Origin: Chrysomallon squamiferum
Taxonomy: Eukaryota; Animalia; Mollusca
Assembly: GCA_012295275.1 (NCBI GenBank)
Contig: CM022670.1
Location: 10,850,001-10,914,000 of the forward strand
Reading direction: 5' to 3'
Length of the DNA stretch: 64,000 nt
Part shown: positions 22,050 to 37,274 of the stretch, piece by piece
How positions within the stretch are numbered: position 1 is the stretch's first letter
Layout: each line of letters opens with the position of its first letter
Made by a program: the position numbers and the translations under genes
The notes under the pieces: model-generated
The model's input: the letters and a program-made list of their open reading frames with translations, nothing else
The model's database searches: none
Told to the model about the DNA's origin: nothing

Positions 22050-25000
22050 TCAAATTACATTATCTCTAACCCTAAGCCCCCATATACTGGTTCTTCTGAT
22101 GCCTGTAGTGGGACGTGCAATACTAGAGAAAGGGAACTTGTTTATCTCAATACTGGTCATCGTTTTCTTCAACTGTTCCAGCATAATTTCACGCAACATT
22201 CCAAACACATCTACTGCCAGAAGATTTGGAAGCTTTGAGAGAATACTGAAAAATACAAAAAAGTCAATAAGCTATGTTTTCATTTATATAAAGTGAAAAA
22301 AATAGTTTAACTATACTTAATGAACAGACAAGTATATCTTTTAAACATGCTTTGAATGTTCAATTTAAATGAAAATTCACTTAAATATTTTTTTGAAAAC
22401 TGTTTTTGCCTCTCTCAGTCAAAAGAGAACACTTCTGACTAAAGTGGAACAGTTTAGAAATTTCAGTGTTGATGTACTCAGATGACATTTGTAAACAACT
22501 TACGGGATGGTGAGAGGCATGATGTGGTAACAGCGACTGACAGCCAGATGCTCCAGCTTTGTCAGGTTGTCTGCAATGTAGTGTATTGATGTGCACGTCA
22601 ATGCTGTTGCATCACTGATGTCCAGTTCTTTCAGGTCAGGACAAGCTTTACACAACTGTAAAATATCTGTGGAAAAAAAAATATATATATATATATATAT
22701 TTTTTTTTTTTCACTTTTGAAAAGATGTTAGAAATTTATTAATTATGTAAATTAATAATAATAATAATAATAATAAAAGACATTCATGAAAATATATTTA
22801 TTTTGCTAAATCTTTTTAAAGTCATTAAATTAAAAATAAAATAAAAATACCATCATCAACAAGATTCTGCCGACAACCACTCAGATTGAGCTTGGTTACG
22901 CTGGCTGGAAGACAAAGAACTAGGTAAACAATGGTATGATGAGGTAGAGATGTCCAAGAGAAATTCAGTGATTCGAGGCTGAAAACAAAAGAGCAGGAGA
23001 AAATCCTTTTTAATAACATTTAAAGAAAAATTTTACATTTTTAATTCCAAAAATGCAAAACAACAATAAAAATTTACAGTTTATACAGTAAATTAAATAA
23101 ATCTGACAATATTTATTCCTCTAAATTATAATATTTTAAAACAAAACCAAAGATACTTACTTTTGACAGTTAGAGGTAATAGGCACAAGTCCATTAGCAG
23201 TAATTCCCTGACACATGCAAAGATTCAATGTTTGCAAATGTTTATTTTCTCCAATGTAACTGGAAAAAAAGAAAAAAAAAGATTCTTTACTCTTTAGGAT
23301 ATATATTAATATATTCATTTGACTTAACAATTATGTGGAAGTACTGTTATTTCACAAAATATCCAAAGACAACTTATAATTTAAAATGTCAATATTTTGG
23401 AAAATAATTATTATTTATTTGTAATTGAACAAAAATGTGCATCTTTCTGTGCATATAATCAACAATGAGCTAAAAATATATCTGTTCATAATCCTATATG
23501 ATAAAAACTGATACACACAATTATTAAATAGAAATTAAAAAAAGGGGAAAAATAAATAAATAAATAAATAAATAAATAAATGTGTGTACCTTAAAATATT
23601 TAACCTATTAAGAAATTACAATTAATGAGTTATTCTTAAAACTAACCAGCAAATTGCTTCATTGATCTCTGTATTTTCCAGGCTAATTTTTCTCAGATCA
23701 CGGCAAACTGAAAATAATTCTTCCAAGGTATTTGTTGAAATGGTTGCCATACTAAGGTCAAGATACTGGAGCTTTGTTAATCTACAATTCAAATAAAATT
23801 TGCATAAAAAATTTCCACTGTAAACTACATTTTGAAAGTCTTCCGAGTAAATTCAAGAAATATTTTCCTACATATTTATTTAGTCACAAATGCATAATAT
23901 AAACAGAACCAGACATTAACCGTTTATTTGTCATTCAGGTGTAGATTTCACAGAGATAAAATAATCTGCCTTTTACTAACCATCTTAATTACATCCGTCT
24001 TCAACTTAGAAACAAATTATTTGAATAAACTTTATTATAAATTTGATCACTGACATTAATATTATTGAAAGAATGTTTTACATTTTTGCTAGTGGATCAA
24101 ATTTAAAATTTAAAAAAATAGAAATTAAAAATTAAAAACCTGCATCACTTATTACCTTGCCATTTTTATCTCTCGTGCTGGCCCTAAAAAAAGTGGATCT
24201 TCAATCTAAAGTTAAAAAATATATGATCAAATAATTGTTTGTAATATCCAGCAGTGTGAAACTATTATTAATGTTAATTTAATGCAAATGACAAATAAAA
24301 TAAATATGGTTCTTTTTTCTTCACATACTTAAAAATTTATGCAAAAAATAGAAAATATATATGTATATATTTGTTTTTTTACATTCTTACTAAATAAATA
24401 AATCTAAGCACCATTTGTAAGTGATAATGGAACATTTTTTATATAAAGAAATATATATCAATGCTCACGAGATGCAGTCAATCAATAAATGAATTAAAAA
24501 GTACACAAAACAGAGACAAATGTTACCTCAGTTTTTGCAAGTCGGAGCATAGTTACACCTCTTGATATTACATTTCCTAATGTTCCTGCCGGTAAATTTT
24601 TGTTAGACAAATCTATACGTTTCCATAATGTTTCATCAAGGCTGAAAAGAAAATAAAATATAATAAAGTATACAAAAATAATTATTAAAAATCACATTTC
24701 ATTAAATTAAGCAAATTATGTCATGATAGAGAAGAAAAATTTGATACTTACACTAGATTGTTCCATCTGTGGCAAACACGTGCACACTTGGCTAAAACAT
24801 ATTTTGGCAACCAGTGAAAAATATTGAGCATTATTTCGTCAGATAACTTGTTCATATTATCTGAAAAAAAAAAATAAATAAAAAATAAATAAATATCAGT
24901 TAAAATTATATTTAATTTCTAAAATCTTATGAATACCCAGGTAAAAAAAATATAAATTAAAAAATCATTTATAACTAATCTGAAAACGGTTTACCTTCAT

Positions 25001-27126
25001 TTTCATATTTGCTGTGGTAATTTGAGTAGATGAGTTTCTTGGAGGTTTTTCTGGGTGTGTTACACTGAACTGATCCTTTACTGTGATGTGAGACATTATC
25101 TCTTTGGTATGGTTGAAGAACCCTTGGTGCCTGAAAATACACCACCATTAAAATTTAAATAATACTAATCTGCGACACGGAAAAACTAAATTATCACTTG
25201 TGACATTATCAAGGACGTTGTTAGACTGAAATAGACAAAAATACATAAAACTGGTATATAAAATATCAAAACATTCATCAACTATTTGTATAGTTCCAAA
25301 TCATAGCTTTTTCTACAATTTTATAAAATACTTATGAGTTTGTTATTTTGAGAAAACTTCTTTATTTTACTGAAGTTTAGATAGACAACACTGATACATA
25401 TCAAATAACTTTATAAATAGTAACATTATAAGGCCTCTTTAATTTAAAAAATATTATCTTTAATAAATCACAATTTATGAACCATGCTTGATTAAAGTTA
25501 TTTCATTAGAAATGAAGTGTTTAAATTATCAGAATAGAAATAACTAATTATAAGAACTTCCTAATATCATCATCCTTTGTAAGTTAGTACCTGTAAATAC
25601 TATATATCTAGGAGAAGGTGTGTTTCAAATTAACACAAGCATAAACACAAAATAATTCCTATTCGGCTAGACAAACATGTTTTTTTCCAATGCTGATGCT
25701 GACTGACAAAAATAAATTATTAAAATTTAACAAATGAATGATCTGAAATTAAAAGTTAATATAAACTTACTGATGGCATTAACAGTACTTCATTTCTGTC
25801 AGTTACACTGCATGCTGGTGTATTTTCTGTAGTGCTCATACAGCTTTCGTGACTACTTTCTGAAAGAAGGTCCACTCCCATCTCCTTGTAAATGTCTTCT
25901 AATTTATCAGCATTAGCTGACCATGACTGTTTGGTTGATTTACTTTCCAATTTCCGTTTTTTCCTGAAATTTTATTAGTTTTAAAATAATTTATAAATGT
26001 GAAAACAGAAAACAAAACCAGAAAGTAAATTTAACAAATGTTAAATAATAAAAGGAACATTCTAAATAAAAATAGTAATATTTGTTATCAGGCATTTTAT
26101 TAAGTAGTCCCCATGAAAAAATATTTTTTGTTACAGGATTGTATTTTTTCATCCACTGATTCACAAGTTACATATATATTAAATAATAAATAAATTATCA
26201 TGTAGATAACCTAAATAAATATTTCACTTTTGTTTTCATATACTAATATATTTATGACCAAAGAGTTAGCAATTAGCTGAGCTACGAAATTAATTAATAT
26301 TGTTTTTATACTAGATTTGTCTACACATGCCAATAAAATATTCTTTGATTTAGCTAGTAATGTGAGAACCTTGTTGCTCACAATCAGTTATATTAGTGCC
26401 AATGATCAAGTGATCTGCAGCCATTATAATAATGATTAATATTTTTCTATGAAGTTTCAACAAATTAAATGTTATCTATGAATAGCCAGTTGTCTCTGTC
26501 ACCTAATGTGAGCTTCTCAGCTTGTTACATGTAGAAATACGTTTGCATAATAAAAAAAAGACGATGCAGTTTTGATTATTCTTCGGTTTTTAAAATGTAT
26601 TACCTGTGGTATTATGTTAATTATAAACTATAGTGTCTACTTTTGCTGCTATTACTAATAGTAATACTATGAGTATGAGCGGTACAAGTTACATTTAGAT
26701 GATTTACTGATTTAGTTTTATCATTCATCATCATGATCATGATTATATATAAAACTAATAACTTAAATAAGAACGCTACAAAAACGAGAAATAATATCTA
26801 GTAACACAATTTCAAATATTTTGTAATCTTAGTGAAATAAAATTATCTTCAACTAAAATATTTTTTGAGACACAAAGTGTATGAAACAGGACTAAGAGTA
26901 AAAATAAAGGTTCACACTAGTCACTAGTCTATCATGACTGCGGCCGCCAAATAATAAATTTAGGCTTTAATATTTATTACATTCTTACCACCTGCTAAAT
27001 AGTTTGGATTTAATAAGATCCGAGAAAATAATAATATAAAGTTAATGATTATTTGAATATGCAATACCTTGGACTTTCATCGCGGTTTTCTTTCATATAT
27101 GTTTTTGACATTTTTGTCTTGGCCAT
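22050..27126 (-). CDS. SKP2: S-phase kinase-associated protein 2 (F-box/LRR). Exons 27126-27068, 25963-25771, 25130-24995, 24860-24752, 24641-24527, 24205-24156, 23781-23647, 23259-23161, 22978-22851, 22666-22504, 22245-22050
   Basis: F-box LSDEIMLNIFHWLPKYVLAKCARVCHRWNNLVLDETLW, followed by LRRs (LQYLDLS, LNLSGCRQNL, CPDLKELDISD, HLAVSRCY) and the Skp2-type tail INKFPFSSIARPTTG-x-TSIWG. Splice phases are consistent. Confidence 0.9.
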
Positions 27127-27138
27127 TCTTTACTTTTA

Positions 27139-27190
27139 AGTTTAGCGCCAGCATACATACAAATTAATGACTCGAAGGCGCACGCGCAGG
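27139..27190 (-). promoter_or_regulatory. SKP2 proximal promoter/5'UTR with E2F-like and NRF1-like motifs
   Basis: TTTAGCGCC at 27141-27149 (E2F/CDE-like variant) and GCGCACGCGCA at ~27178-27188 (NRF1-like) lie in a CpG-rich patch just upstream of the ATG. Confidence 0.45.
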
Positions 27191-27845
27191 TCAGTGAAGG
27201 TCTTTCTCGTGTCCTGCGTGAATACTCGAGATTATAAAAGCAATAGAGAAGTAGACTACGGATGCCTTTTAGTGCCAGAGTGGATGAGTTAGCGAGTGAA
27301 AAAATTAGTTACGAGCAAGCTGTTGTGAAGTACGCCTGCGACAGTCAATATAATATAATTCAGACTTCACAAAATTTTATATAACTAAATTTGGTTTGAA
27401 ATATTTCCAAATGAATGAATAAATTATTAATAAAATAATTAAGCATTTTTTTAGACGTCCGCTATAATTTAAAAATATTTTAAATCACTCCAGGCCCTGC
27501 TAATTAACAAATTAAATAAAATCCTTGCTTATTTCATATCGTGTTATATGATCTATGGCTGTTACTGCAGCTATAACAGTTACATTATCGGTTAATGCGG
27601 TAATTACAGCAGAACTATTTATATGTTTTTATACCTATAGTAAGTAGTATCAAAATAATAATAATAATAAATAATAATAATAATAATAATAATAATAGTA
27701 GTAGTAGTAGTAGTAGTAATAATAATATCAATGATGATGATGATCATCATAATAATAATAACAATAAAAGTTTGATTAATAAATGTACGGTCAAGAAGTA
27801 AATGTTTTTTTATGTTCAGTTGATTTCATTCTTATTTCAAGGATC

Positions 27846-27941
<96 letters not shown>

Positions 27942-27958
27942 AATAAATAAATAAATAA
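27846..27958. repeat. (AAT)n followed by (AAAT)n microsatellite
   Basis: Directly visible. Similar AAT tracts at ~14639, ~27653, ~33722 and ~62888. Confidence 0.95.
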
Positions 27959-29057
27959 AATTAAATATAAAAGTTCATATCTTAGATGCTTTTCTTCATT
28001 TCGTTATATTTTATTTATTTATGTATTTTCAGTTTTGAATTAAATAATTAAAAAAAAAAAAAAAAAAAATTGCATTTATTATTACACCTTTAATCTTTTT
28101 ACACATTCAATCTCAAATGCACTTCACAAAAAAGGTTTTGTCTCACTAAAGGTTTAAACGCCATGAAAATTATATGCATGGTTAGAAAAATGAGGGCTTT
28201 ACTTATATCACAGTAAAATTAATATTTATTAAACAGTATAAATATAAGGTGTTATCTAGAAATCAATACTTATGTCATTAACATATCAAGTGTTTCAAAT
28301 GGAGCACAAAGTGTAAACATTGCTTAGCCTAAAGTATTTGTATGTAGAAACATTTGAATTTATATAGTAACATGGACTGATGAATGGATGTCTGCTTATT
28401 TGTTGATTTATATTATTTAATATACATGGACCTTTTATTTAAAATTCTTGATATACGTGATTCTGATATTTCATTATTTGTGTGAATATGTGCCTGTTCT
28501 TTATATCATATGTATCTTCTTTACTGCTTCATTTATAATTTTCTTATAGATCTACTTTTTGAATAATAATTGAATACATCTTTGTTCTGTGTTAAACATT
28601 TATTTTTCATCATTCAAACATAAAAATGACAATAGTGATTTTCGAATGTGTTTGTGTGTGCATGTTTATTTACAGTATGTATTACAAAATATATTGGATT
28701 GTGGAGATACAAATATGATTTCAAAAGTATGGTTTTTAAAAAAATAAAAAATAAATACAAATTTTTAACTCACCATTACATAAGTATTTTTCATGCACAC
28801 TTTTTATTTTGATATGACAATAAATCAGTTTAAAAAAATACAAAAATAAAAATATAAATACAAAGACATGATTAAGACAACATTAAGTAGTTTTCCATAC
28901 ATCAACAGAACACTAAAAAAAAATGTACAATATAGGTAACAGAAAATGTTTAAAAGATTTAATGTTTTTTCTTTAAAGATGTTCAATTTAAACAGATGTA
29001 CTGCAGACATTAAACCTTATGCTCACTGGATGTTATCCAGTTTGGGGCTCAAGAATA

Positions 29058-32000
29058 TTACAAGGAATTTCCTGTTAACCAAAGTGTGATTATGTTTATT
29101 TCTTGAATGCGTGCTGCTCTCACCGATGGTGTGTCCAGTGCATTTGCAAATCTCAGGTCAAGATGATGAGCACCATACGGAATCTGAATACTGATCATAG
29201 TGTCTGACAAAGACTCCATAACACCACCACTAGACCAGGGATCATACAAGCCATTGCTGAAAGAAGATTTCACTTTTGATAAACAATTTAAATTCTCTGA
29301 TTATAAACACAGACACTCTTAATGACTGAAATGGATATACTGGTAAGGGAAGCTTCTTTTTTATCAACCAGCTGAATTAATGACTTTGTTGTAGAAACAG
29401 AATTAAGTGAGGAGTGCCTGTATCAGGTTTAATTAGGTGCTTGTTTAAAAAAATCATATTACAGGTTAAAATCTGTTTTATCTTGGTATCAAATCTGCAG
29501 AGAAATTTATTTAGATTAGATTTTAATTTTCAAGCATTCTGTGCAAATCATGATGATATGTTCTATTCCAAACAGTTTGTTATTTCACAGCAGAATTTTT
29601 AATTTTAAACATATTTCAGTTACTATTAAAAATGAGAAAATAAATGATCAGCATACTAAAATATTACCTAAAAATAATATTTCCTGCATCTTTGATATTT
29701 TTTCCATTATACTGCTCAGTGATCCAGTTCTCTCTGGGTTTTATTTTGAACTGTTTGTAACAATCTTCAGTGTATTTTGTAAAATTCCATGTTGAATATT
29801 CAAACATGCTGTCGGTGTCAGAACACTGTGGCATCACCATTTCTGTGCAGGCCTGGACACAAAAATGTGAAATAAAATTTTAAAAAAGGCCAACTATTAA
29901 ACAGGTCCATAAAGATTTTTGTTAAGCCTAAATGTGAAAATCAGAGGAACAAAAATTAGGATATATCTATGGCAAAAAGATTTGTCATATCTGATTCCTT
30001 GAAATGCAAATAATTTATGAATTCACAATTCAAATCTGACAAATATTAATTTTCTTGTGTTAAAAATGGTATTTAAAGAAAAATAATTAAATTAATATTA
30101 TACAAATACTGTTACAACTTTTTTTTTTTAAACCTGTTTCATGGAGTGAAAATACCTGATAATTCCAACCAGCATCTCCTAAATTGCTAGTTGCGTCTTC
30201 TGATGTGTTGAGACATTTAATGTTACCAGTGGTGTTGAAGTACACATTGATCGCTTGATAAAGACCTCTGATAAGATCTGTTCCGGCCAAGATATCTGAC
30301 AAATGGGAGCAAGCCACCTGATATTGAAAATAATAAATTATTTTAATCATTTATGTTTCTGATCAATGCCCTTCAAAATCATTATGTGTCTGCAGTTTTA
30401 ATTTCCACTGTCTCTAGTGCAATGTTCAAAAACAGCTTTCTGAAGAATGATAGTCTCAGGTTTATGTTAGTGTAAATACACTTTTTTTTACAATGACCAA
30501 TAAATAATTATCATGCATAAAGACTACAAATGAAAGTATTTTAAGAAATCTTTTCTTTTTTGTGGATTATGGTTTTTAGAAAACCTCATTTATGAATTAA
30601 TTTGTAATTATATATACCCTAATAAGGTACTTTGTGAACTAGTCAGTAACTGGTAATACTGATAATTTTTCTCACTTTGACAGGCCATGCTGGGAGAGGT
30701 TCAAGAAAGTTGGCAGGATATGGATAATTCACCATGGCCAGGTTCACCCAGATATCTGACAGCCAGTCTTTGAATACAGTCCCATCAGCTTCTGTTTTCA
30801 GATCTTTACATAATTTGAATATTTTACTGATTTGCATTCTCCCTTCAGCTGTTAAAGAATAGCTTAATATTACTAATGGCATGATCAGTCACAAGTTTTC
30901 ACATTTAAATTAATTCATAGCAGTCAAAAAAAAATATATATATGAATAACAAATAAACAATTTTCTGTGAAATTTTTCTAGCTGTTTAAAAGATAATAAA
31001 TTATAATTATTGTTATCTTTTTTGTAACAATACATAATTAAACTATGCATTTTATAACTTAGCTATATAAAAAAAAAAAAACTTTAAGTAATCAGTCACA
31101 ATATTACATATATGTACATGCATCATCTCTCTGATTTCATTACTGTAATCAGACCTATTAAGGATTCTGTCTTCTGTAGAAGAAATTCCAATATATAATA
31201 TTATTTCTACCATTATTTATGGCATACCTGTAACGATCATATCACTGATTGTTTTCCATGATCGACGTATATTATCAGCACAGGAACGGGAAGTGCTGCT
31301 GAATGTATTTGTAGTGACATTGAGAAATGCTGAACATGGGGTCAGTCCCTGAAACTGCCAGATAGGGGCTGATGCTGCTAGTGCTCTAAAGTAAGTTGAA
31401 AAAGAAAAGATAAAATATTAAAGTAATTTCAAATTAATTTAGTGCTTTAGACCCAGATCAGCACATAAGAACTAAAGGGTTTGTGTATTAGTAAGACATT
31501 AGCCTGAATTATCTCCCTTTAGATTTAAGATATACAAAGTTACAATATTTAAGAAATTGTATTTACAATCCTCTGAGGTGAACACTTTAAAAAAATAATA
31601 AATCCTTAAGTAAATAGCAGTTATATTTATCATGGTGTGACAAGTAATTTACACACAGTGTTGGTTGGTTTCAATTATGGTAACAAAACATTTTAAATAC
31701 AATACCCATTGACTATGCCTGAGTATTTGATTCTAAACCAGGCTGCAAGCATACCACCATAGGATCCACCAAAAGCAATTACAGAGCTGTTTGTAGCTCC
31801 CGGTATTGTTTCCTTTAGATATTTTACAAGAACTGCAAAATCTGCAAGTGCTTGTTCTGAAGTTAAGAAGTTCAGTTTCTGGGGATCCTGGAAATATGAA
31901 TAAAGAATATTTTATCACTTTTGACTAATCAGTTACAAAAGATAAAACAGATGAATTGTTAATCAGTTTTGTTAATTGTGAATCACTTTTAGTACATAAA

Positions 32001-33464
32001 TAGCATACATTTTGTTAATTCTGAATATAAAACTAATTAAAATTCATTGAATTTTTATTTTTGCTTATAGTCTCCAAATATCTTATTATGGAGTAAAAGG
32101 GCCAACATTATAAATGAATATAGTTATATACATTAAAGTATCTTCTCATATAAGTAAAAGATTACTGTTATATTGTTTAAAACAACATTTTTAAATATAT
32201 AGGGATATATTTTACTTTGAAAGCAGCTTGGCCATAAGGAATAGATGTCCCATAATATCGGTGCTCAGCAAATACCAGTAATGCCTTAAATTCATTAGCA
32301 ATGTCCCACATAAAACCCTAAAAAATTGAAAATAAAGGTGTTTTATTACATCGATGCAAACATACAAAACATTATAAGGATATAAATATTGTGTTGTAGT
32401 AACTGTATATATTTCCATACAGATTTTTGAATTGTATATATGTTTAACATTATTTTTCTGATATAAACTATGTAAAAAATAAAAAAGTAATAAAAATAAA
32501 AAGTAAAAGTCTACTAAAATACCAAATAAAATTGCTACATGCTCAGTCTAGAAAGGATTTTTGTAAAATGAAGCACATTTTGGTTTGTAATTAAATATAA
32601 GTCATCTGAACTCTATAAAATTAATTGGTTGAAGATGTGTGAATTCAGATTAATATCCATTCCATAAGATTGAAATAAATAAATAAATAAAATTTTGTGT
32701 AGAAGAACAAACTATGTAATTCTAACTGTATTATTGCAGAACCAGGTGATATCTCCTTCATTCCCAGTATAAAAAAATATTGGTCCTCCATTGTGATTCC
32801 AGAACTGATCAGCAATCAGATAGCGCTGACTGAAAGTGTCTTTGTTGTAGAAACCAAAGTGATCCACCTGCAAAAATACATAACTGAGTAATTTATATTT
32901 ATCAGAGATATTAAAATTATTTAATTTTAATTGTTTGATAATAATATTAATAAATCACATTTTTCATATTCTAAATATATTAATGACCATTTAATTTAAC
33001 TGCCTTTTTATTTCTTAAAACAAAATGTTATAGCCATGTTTTACTTATTTGTACATGCCATTAAATATCTAAAAATAACCTAAAAAAAAAAAAAAAAAAA
33101 AATAAATAAATAAAAAACAAAATAAAAATAAAAAAATAAAAAAAAAAAAAAAAAAAAAAAAAAATAAAAATAAAATAAAACAAAAGGAATTGTGTTTAAA
33201 AATTATCGCGAAGCGTAGGTAAGACGAGGGGCGTATTTATAATAATGAAAAAATTAATGACATTTAAAAAACAACCTGCTGTTCGAAAAAATGTGTTTCG
33301 TAATGAACAGTATTAGGTAACGACTGCTTAATTTTAGGATTATAAGGCGATATCCTCCTCTTGTAGATTAACGAAGAACTGCATGTTGCTGTAACTGTAA
33401 GTATAAACACAATAAAAAACTCAACATTCACACTCGGTTGCATTTCAATCATTTTGCACGTCAT
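29058..33464 (-). CDS. PRCP: Lysosomal Pro-X carboxypeptidase (peptidase S28). Exons 33464(or later ATG)-33276, 32867-32727, 32317-32216, 31887-31706, 31385-31228, 30848-30676, 30317-30156, 29852-29668, 29256-29058
   Basis: Hydrophobic signal-like N-terminus. Motifs [34 protein letters not shown] (catalytic Ser), [43 protein letters not shown] (Asp) and GAHHLDLR (His). Which ATG starts the protein is uncertain. Confidence 0.93.
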
Positions 33465-33719
33465 GTGACATCCACTGATATATGAAATCTATGATAGCCC
33501 GTTAGTGCTAGGATCTCTATCTATCTATTCATCTATGTTATGTCTGTCTATTTATCTTCTTTATTTGGGGGTATTTTCTAAATTATTTACATTAAATGAG
33601 TTTTTTTTACGACTTTAAATGACTGAGATGATATATATAAAATAACGCACTTTTTTTTTTTTTTTTTATTTATTATTATTATTATTATTATATATATATA
33701 GTGATTAAAAAAATAGAGG

Positions 33720-33764
<45 letters not shown>

Positions 33765-35404
33765 CTATTACATAATTTTCACGATCATAAATGTTCTCAA
33801 ATTTTGCTTGGTTGATATTTATGTAGTACTTCAAATGTCAACACAAAATAATTGATTGAAAATAATCAAACATTGAGAAAACACATACTTTTACCAAAAT
33901 ATTTATTTCATCATACATTAGCATAATGATAAATGTAATAAATGAATGAGCAAATTAAAAATCGTATATTATAACAAGTGCTGTTATATCGTTACACATT
34001 TAGTGACATTTATTATTGTTTGTATATTTGTTTTTACTGCAGATAGAAACATATTCATCATGAATCCAAAACACAATGATTTCCTGATATTCATATTGTG
34101 TTTATTATTATTATTGTTGTTGTTGTTGTTTCAAATTCAAAAGAAATTGATTGAAGATCCAGGTAAAATGGGGAAATAATCGTAAACGAAAGGAGGAATA
34201 TACTGTGAATGATTCGTTTAGAAAGCACAACGAAGTTAAAAGCCACGCTTCTTCGAAGAACGTTCGACTACATTCGATTAAATAGAAATGTGTATATAAA
34301 ACCAAAATAACTGATATGTGAGTTACCAGTAATTATAATATTTATGTATAAAAGCTTTTGATTATGTGTAAAGTGATGACTATTGAGTAAAAGTGGACAT
34401 TTAGAATGTAGTATCGCAAATGCAGGGTGCTGAACATTTTGTAGACTAAAAGCAGACGAAGCGTGTTTTTGTATTTGCACTTGAGGTTATGTTTTAAAGG
34501 TTATTTTATGAATGAATATTTTCCCTTTTAAATAAGATATTGCTAGGTAAATGATATTTTTTGTTCATCACGATTAAAACCTTTGATTTTCAAATACTAC
34601 TAAAGTTTTAACCAAACAAGAAATAATCATCAATGACATACCTACTACCTAGACCTAATTTCGTCATAACCATCGTTCTTATCAGCCATGTGAATCAGCA
34701 AAATAATTGTTATTATTCAGTGTTGTATACGATCTTACATTAATATACAAGGGTATGGAAACTGATTGACGAACTTACTGTTAAAATGTAAGATCAGTTT
34801 TGGTAAAGATAGTATTTAGTCACTGTTACGGTGTTAGAGTGTATCACGTATACCGTATGATGTATCACTATCAGTGTATGGATTCTGTTTGAAGTGATAT
34901 ATTATATATAATTATATTTATTACCAGTAACACTAAGTTGAATGACAGTAAGTCCTAAGGGTATTAGAAAAAAGAAGGAGAAAAGCTTCGAATGTTGTAA
35001 TAATTAAACAAAAAGAAAGAAGAAAAATCAAAGACATACTCATGATACTGATACGTTTGTGTTATTTAGTTCGATTTTCATTAATTTAAAAAAAATGATA
35101 CTGAATAATATAGTGGACAGATCACTTTGGTTAATCTTTATTTATCTATTTTTTTATTATTAAACAATTTTAAATAGTATTTAAAATAATCTTGCCAAAG
35201 TATTAGCATTAATACTTTGGAAAAGTTTAATCTATACCAGTAGACAATTTACATTACTATTTGAAACTGTTATAATGATGTTATTTGTAGTTTGTGTCAT
35301 AAATATTTTATGACTTTTTTTTTCAGTTGGTTCTGTTCTTGGAAGCTTTAAATGTTAGATTAAACACAATTTGAATCTTTTTAACATTTTTGCAGATATA
35401 CATT

Positions 35405-37222
35405 ATGGGTGGAACTGCTTCAGGTCCAGTTGGTACTTCCCAGCCAAAACAGAGAAGTGTTACTGCTGCCCCTCCTAGTGAGTGTCCCATGCATGGTGGC
35501 AATGTGCAGGAAAGTTCTGCTTCACTTCCCAGTGAATGTCCAATGAGACAAGAGGGATCATCTAATGAAATAAATTTGGAAAATATGGTAATGTTGGCAA
35601 TTTATTTATTTTTATTATTTAGCTAAGTTGAACATATTCTTTCAATTGATTTACTGAATAAGTTGAATTTGCTATTCAGAATGAACAGAAATGAAGCTGG
35701 TAATGAACTATTTTATTTATCCTGCAGTCATATATTACATAAAAAAACCCAACTAAAATAGTTGTTTTTTTAATTATCAACTTAAGTACTTTCCAAGCAG
35801 CTTGTTATACAGTTAATCTTCCTGTCCTTTTTAGTCTTAGATAGGATTGTATCAAAATAAAATAACTAAAGTAAGTATTACTAGCAACTACCTGTTTTAA
35901 AAACAATGTTTGTGGTTGGTAATTGAAATTATAAAATTTAAAATAATGTCCTGCTAAATTACAAAAATGCAAGATACACATGTACAGATACTTACAACTG
36001 TTTGATTTTATGTTTGCATGTCATGGTGGAAACCACTCGGCCAGCTATACAAGTCTCGTGACACCTTGGTCCACTTCTCTGCATCATTGATCATCAATAT
36101 TTTCTCATCTTTTAATTTATATATTTATTTTTTGTTAAAGCTATTAAACAAATATACATAGGCATAACTTAAGATTGAGATCACTATAATATGGATTCTA
36201 TAAATTTAGATTCTGACTTGTATCCAAACTGACTTGCCCTTGGTTGGAATGGAATGTGGTCGTAATTTGATCAGTTACATTCATATCCAAATCGTTCATA
36301 AATTCAGATAACAGATAGTGGCTTCATAAGACAGGAAGATCCATACATTTTATATTTAATTCCCAAATTATAATGGTAAATTATGACTGGCAAACCATTT
36401 GTTATTGAAATTTAGATTATAATCATATATATATATATATTACAATTTTTTATTTATTAGATGCCACCTCCAAATCAGCGTCCTTCTCCAGACCAGCCAT
36501 ATCCACTTCCTATAGAGAGACAAGTATCACGAATACCAAAGGCTGGATCAGAAAATGAATACTGGGTGTATCCTTCACAACAGATGTTTTGGAATGCTAT
36601 GCTAAGAAAAGGTAAATGACAGATGGATTTGTTAATATTTTTCTATGGGACACCTTTAATAATTAATCTGAACACAAATCCTTGTTTCTTAAACACAAAA
36701 ACACCTACTAAATGAAGTTTAAAAACTTAAATTGGATTAGTTTGATCAGTATGTGTTTGGATCTTTAATGTAAAAATATAATATAATTAACAAGTGCTTG
36801 TATATATTTAATGATACTTTACTAGAATTTGAATAGCATTGCTGTTTTTTATTTGTAGGCTGGCGGTGGAAGGACTCAGATATCAAACAGAATGATATGG
36901 AAAATATTATCAAAATTCATAATGCTAATAATGATCAAGCATGGGATGAAGTCCTCAAATGGGAAGCCCTTCATGCCAAGTAAGATTCTGATTGCTCTAA
37001 TTATATTTTATACTGGTAACACAATTTCCAAAAACAATAAAAACAAATACACGTACTTTATTTTTAAGAAATAATCCTCTGATCAGATCTCAGTTTATTG
37101 TTATGCAAAGTTCCAGTGATCAAAATGTGTGTAAGAAGGGAAAAGAACCCTCAGTTTTGTTCTGACAGTATTTATTAATTATTTCGATGATAATTATGAT
37201 ATAAAATTAAATGTTTTTTATT

Positions 37223-37274
<52 letters not shown>

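Noticed and set aside
25131-25225. Extra SKP2 acceptor at 25226 with an open stretch SNNVLDNV...
   Set aside because: Reaches a stop before 25130 and has no frame-preserving donor. Exon 2 joins the 25130 exon directly in phase 0.
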